Assembly (NCBI GenBank): GCA_964016885.1
Contig: OZ024745.1
Span: 2,108,001 to 2,172,000, forward strand
Reading direction: 5' to 3'
DNA length: 64,000 nt
From: Eledone cirrhosa
Lineage: Eukaryota
Made by a program: the position numbers and the translations under genes. The notes beneath the pieces are model-generated. The model searched no databases. It was not told the DNA's origin and saw only the letters and a program-made list of their open reading frames with translations. Shown here one piece after another: positions 59,321 through 64,000 of the stretch. Numbering within the stretch: the first letter of the stretch is position 1; the number at the start of each line of letters is the position of its first letter.

Positions 59321-61113
59321 ATGGATGCCATTTCCACCTCGCACACTGTCATGAGTGCCACGCCCACTAAGAAAAGTGGTGGAGGGAAGGTAAGAGTACA
59401 AAGCTTGCAGCCGTCCCCCCTCGTATCATCGAAAAACGTGGAAAATATCGAAACCGCGAAACCAAACCCGGTAAATAATACCAACAACAAGAACAATGAC
59501 AACAACACCACAACCAACAACTGCAACAATAGCAACACCAATATTACCAACAGTTACAGTAACACGAAAGACAACACCACCAAAACAACATTTGCACAGA
59601 CCGTAAAAAAAAACGAACTATACACGCCAATAGACATAACAAATGCTAAACAACTATTACAAGACGCAAAACAATTCGTGACTTTTGGCGAAAACGGTGC
59701 TTTTAGCATCAATTCTCCACAGGAATTACGTAGAGAGGCTGTCCTGAAAACCACAGTTTTCAGGACAATATCGAACGTAACAAGAAAACCAGCTCAATTA
59801 TCACAAATTGAAATTGAGCTGGTTCTAAAAGACGTAATGAAGGACTTAACCTTCATACAAAAAGGTAAACTGTTTGGTAGCATTTCGATGCTGATGAACA
59901 ACCAGTAAACAGCTCAAAAGTACTCGATAGCACCCATTGTGTCCCCCCGCTTCACCTTTTACCCCACATACAGGGGAAAAAGGACACAAAGAATAAAAAT
60001 AATGAGTATCACACCAAATGTAAACATTTGGTGGATACTATGTGGAATAATAAACTTGGACGAAGACAAGATAATTTCAATAGGAAAGTCCTCCGGAGGT
60101 GTATTTGGTGGGACCACCGTAGAAGTTCTGGTGCAAATGAGCCCAGAACGAATAGCGAATATCCCACAACGCGTGCCTCTGGACGGGCTAACTTATATAA
60201 ACATTTTAGTGGAGGGAAGGCGGCCGTCATGTTACCACTGCTTAAGCAGGGGTCACCTGAGGGCTGCCTGTCCTCAATTAACGAGTCAAAAAAAAAAGGC
60301 TCTTCTGCCAACCCCGAACACAACAACACAACCACCACCACCACCACCACCACCACCACCACCACCACCACCACAACAACAACAACACGGAAAAATAACA
60401 ACACAAAACACTGTTCCACCCAACCCCTCCCCACCTAAAACAAATACAAAAGCAACCACAACAAAACCCCAAAATATACCCCTCCCCAACAACACGGAAG
60501 AGGACTCCGTATCAACGTCACCCAGTGACGACGAGGGAGAACCCTTTCAACAGGTGAAAAGGAAAAAAAAAGGCACCACATTAACAAAAATGCCACAAAC
60601 ACACAACCACCAGCATAAACAGAACAAACATCACAAATAAAAAAAACCACCCCTCCCCAAAACATAACACGTACTATAAAACGCAAACACCCGCAATAAC
60701 AACAAACAAAAACAAACACAACACAACAAAAACTCTATACATACATTAACAAGAACAATAAAACGTTGATGAAAGCGATAGAAAATAACCCTTCAGTGGA
60801 AACCGAAGGGATCACTTTCACCTACGCAGCGAACAAACCGCACCTAATGATGATTAGGGTCCCAACGGAAACCTATGTAACTTTGAAAAAGAACCATCCA
60901 ATGCATGTGGGGACCAACTGCACCAAACCACATAACAGCGTCCTATTGAGATGTTTCCCCACCCCCACACCAGACACCCGCACCCCACCAAACACCCTAA
61001 TCCCACCACACACTGATGTCCTCACCCCACCACAAACCACCACCCCACCAAACAACCCTTCCAACACCCCCATGGAAATTGTGCAGCCTTGTCCCCAGGA
61101 GACGAAGAGGTAA
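59321..61113 (+). pseudogene. LINE ORF1 (gag-like nucleic-acid-binding protein, CX2CX4HX4C zinc knuckle), disrupted
   Basis: ATG at 59321. ORFs 59153-59908 and 59939-60640 share a frame and are split by one TAA (59906). CYHCLSRGHLRAAC lies at 60230-60271. There is a probable frameshift in the A run at ~60563-60571 into the frame of ORF 60766-61113, which has further TAA stops at 60616 and 60697. Confidence 0.78.
60332..60385. repeat. (CCA)14(CAA)4 microsatellite within ORF1 (poly-Pro/Gln)
   Basis: Direct reading. It is in frame with the knuckle-containing ORF. Confidence 0.95.
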
Positions 61114-61155
61114 GTAATTTCCTTTCCTCTTCCTTTTTACCTCTTCAGCACCAAC

Positions 61156-64000
61156 ATGGCCAATATAAGAGTTGGATGTGTGAATGCACGCGGCTTAGGG
61201 GTGTCCTGGAAACAGGGCAAACTCTTAAATGACCTCAGGTCGCACAGACTTTGAGATCTACGCATCTCTCTGTCAGCCGAGGGGTGGGGGTGGGGTTGTC
61301 GTTCTGCTGCGAAAATACCTGGGTCTTGCCACACAGAAGGTACACCTGGACCCGGAGGGTCGACTGGTGGTTTTAGACGTCGGCAGTGGTGAAGGTGGAG
61401 CTTTCAGGCTGGTAGCAGCGTATGCCCCATCTGGGACACCGCGACCGGACTTCTTCCAACGCCTGGAGAATTTCCTGGGAACGTCTCGCTCCTTGCTTTT
61501 AGTGGGGGACTGGAATGGTATCCTTGATGCACGTTGGGACTATGTAGAGGCATGTCCCGATAGAGAGGGGTGTAACAGCCTCAAACGATTAATCGGCCGA
61601 TTTGATCTGGCCGATAGATATCGACTGGATTTTCCGACTGTGCCACGGTGGACGTGGAGTAATCGCAGCGGAACATCCAGGTCGTACCCAGATAGGTTCC
61701 TAGTTAGAAATAAGGATAGGGACATATTAAGCTGTCCACGAATGTTCATGGTTGACTATTCGGATCACAAGTTGTTGACCGGAGTGGTCAACATTGATAG
61801 AACTCATAGACAGGGACCCGGTTACTGGAAGCTAAACTTGTCTTTACCGACAAACAAAGCTTACAGTAAGCGGATTAGCACACTAGTTAAGCAGCGTTTG
61901 ACGGGGGCAATTGTCAACAACAGGTGGTGGGGCTCTCTCAAGAGAGAAATTAGAATAGAATCGATAGGTTTTAGTCGGGAATTAGCATCAGATAGGAATA
62001 GAACTGAAAGGGAATTAACAAATAGAGTAGAAGAGGCGATTAGGAGTGGCAACGTGGCCGGCGTGCTGGCGTCAAGAACGGCCCTAGACCAGTTCTTTGA
62101 TGCGAAGCACGAGGGCTGCGTTGTCAGGAGTAAAATACGTGCTCTGGGTAACGAGGGAGCCAAAGCTGTTAGCTGGGCCTGAGTGACAGAGGCAAAAAGT
62201 GGAAACAAGTCCACGATTCGGTCTTTGAAGGACCAGGATGGACGCGTGATCCTTGAACCTGAGCGGATGAGCGCGGCCTTTCAACGGCGCTTTGCACGAC
62301 TGTTCGGGAGGGGCGGCGGGCTGGGTGGGGCCATGGATTTCGGTCCATACCTCGACGGTCTGGCGCGGCTCTCGGACGGGGAGGCGAAGTCCTGCGAGAG
62401 GCCGATTTCAGCCGCTGAAATAGGGGAAGCGCTGAGCCAATGCGGCAAACGCAAATCTCCGGGTCTCGATGGTCTACCATACGAACTTTATGTAGCGATG
62501 CCGGGCTTGTTCTCCGGTCTCCTCGAGGCGGTCTACTGCAACTGGCAACAGAACGGGAGAATTCCCTGTACTGTGACCAAGGGCGTAGTCACGCTGGTGA
62601 GGAAGGACGAGAACAAGAGGGATGACATAGATAACTTCAGGCCCATAACTCTGCTAAACACAGAGTTAAAGATTTTGGCCAAGGTGTTAGCGAAGAGGTT
62701 GGCGCTTGTCGTCGGAACCTGGTGGGAGAAGCGCAGACATGCGCAATCCCGTCCAGGTCCATACACGACAACGTCCACCTCATGCGATACATCGTAGAGA
62801 GGGTAGGGAACGAACCCGGCTTTGGTGGGGCCCTGATCAACTTGGATCAATCTAAAGCGTTCGATAGGGTTGACCATCGGTACCTGGATGCGGTGCTCGC
62901 GGCGGCAGGCTTCAGACCCGTTTTCAGGGGCTGTATTGCTGCAATGCACAACAGCAACACCTGCTCGAGGGTCAAGGCGAACGGCTACCTCCCGGAGCCG
63001 TTCCAAATCACGCGATCAATTCGACAGGGATGCCCTCTCTCCTCCCTCCTGTATGTGCTGGCTCTCGAGCCACTACTGAGGAAGCTGGAGCTGTTGCAGG
63101 GCATCCCCTTGGAACCAGGATTGCGGAAAGCGGTTCGGCCTACGCCGATGACGTGACAGTAATGGTGTCGTGCGCCTCGGAAATCGGGCAGATCGGCACC
63201 TTACTGGAGGAATATGAAAGGTTCACAGGAGCCAAGCTGAACCGGGACAAGTCCGTCGGCTTGCAACTCGGGACGTGGAGGGGCAAAACGATGCCCTCCG
63301 ACGGCATCGTCGGACGCTGGACGGAGGGACCGGTGAAGCTGCTCGGGGTCTGGTTCGGACCGGACCTCCAGGTGGAGAAAAACTGGGACGAGGTAACGGG
63401 CAAGGTGTTTGCACTCGCCCAGAAGTGGGCCGAGTGCAAACTATCCCTGAAAGGTCGAGCGGAGGTGGCGAACGCTTATATAGCGTCCGTCATCTACTAC
63501 CGCTTGACCGTCGTGCCTTGCCCAGAGAAAACACTCGCCAAAATGGAGCGCGCGCTCTTCCGATTTCTTTGGAAGAAGCGGGCTCCTTTGGTGAGAAGAT
63601 CCATCTGCTGTCAACACCCTTCGAACGGAGGGCTGGGGATGCCGTGGCTGACGATGCGTAGACACGCATTAAGGCTACGGCACCTCCAGGTATTCCTCAC
63701 CGGTCAGCCGGTGTGGGCCCTGTTTGTGAGGCGAGCCTTTCCGAGACTCGTCTCACTCACCGAGCTGCAATCCTGGGTCAAGCAAAGACCGAGAAAAGTG
63801 GGCGACTGGCACATTGAATGTGCCCAGGCGCTCACGGCCCTCTGGCAAGCGGATCCGGCAATCAGTGGAGACTCAACCTCAACATTCTATAGAGGGTTGG
63901 TGCGCAGTAAGTGCGACGACGCTCTCGGAGAGGCTCTGGGCATGGAGGAAGACGAGCTGGCCAGTCTGTTCGGTAGGACGTTTGGCCCGGGACCCATGGA
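61156..64000 (+). pseudogene. LINE ORF2 (AP-endonuclease + reverse transcriptase), disrupted, truncated by window end
   Basis: Starts MANIRVGCVNARGL at 61156. APE motifs YAPS, LVGDWN, TW, SYPDRFLV, SDH. RT motifs KSPGLDGLPYE, FRPITLLNTELKILAK, LDQSKAFDRVDH, IRQGCPLS, YADD (63141-63152), GAKLNRDKS, KLLGV. Lesions: deletion/frameshift ~61250, TGA at 62180, frameshifts ~62718 and ~63135. The YADD frame appears open to the window end. Confidence 0.93.

Larger units (their letters stand above)
59131..64000 (+). mobile_element. L1/Tx1-type non-LTR retrotransposon, decayed, 3' end beyond the window
   Basis: Two-ORF layout: ORF1 with a CCHC knuckle, and ORF2 with APE, GPGYWKLN linker, RT motifs and LSLKGR/FLW/GGLG C-terminal motifs. 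The 5' boundary is approximate (end of the C/T-rich repeat). Confidence 0.92.

Noticed and set aside
59387-59396. Donor AAG|GTAAGA in early ORF1 spliced to the 61148 acceptor as an in-frame leader for ORF2
   Set aside because: The join is out of frame with ORF2 (phase 0 versus the required phase 2), so it gives no fusion protein.
59293-63665. Antisense and alternate-frame ORFs over the LINE (poly-V/W/G/T, 63275-63661 etc.)
   Set aside because: They are shadows of the CCA/CAA repeat and of GC-rich ORF2. The motif-bearing frames account for the region.

Overview
AT-rich, repeat-dominated eukaryotic DNA with no intact host gene. The SINE families resemble those of Octopus/cephalopods; this is recognition from memory, not a search result. 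The window has three zones. (1) 1-5.9 kb holds microsatellites, several tRNA-derived SINE copies and fragments, a 5'-truncated RTE-clade LINE 3' end, and two minisatellites (17 bp x11, 54 bp x15) that arose inside or from SINE sequence. (2) ~5.93-58.30 kb is an uninterrupted, head-to-tail 40-bp satellite (consensus CCTATATATAGAATATCCTATATATAAGACATTTGACCTG, about 1,310 monomers) with both ends visible. It has a 46-bp near-perfect palindrome at the left junction, a related inverted motif at the right junction, nested kb-scale duplications, and an apparently symmetric inner/outer layering of variants. (3) 58.6-64 kb holds a degenerate C/T-rich repeat followed by a decayed L1/Tx1-type LINE (ORF1 with CCHC knuckle; ORF2 with APE and RT) that runs off the window. 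Its ORF1 stop codon lies inside a perfect splice donor, and removing a 39-nt GT-AG segment would fuse ORF1 to ORF2 in frame. All alignments and counts were made by eye.
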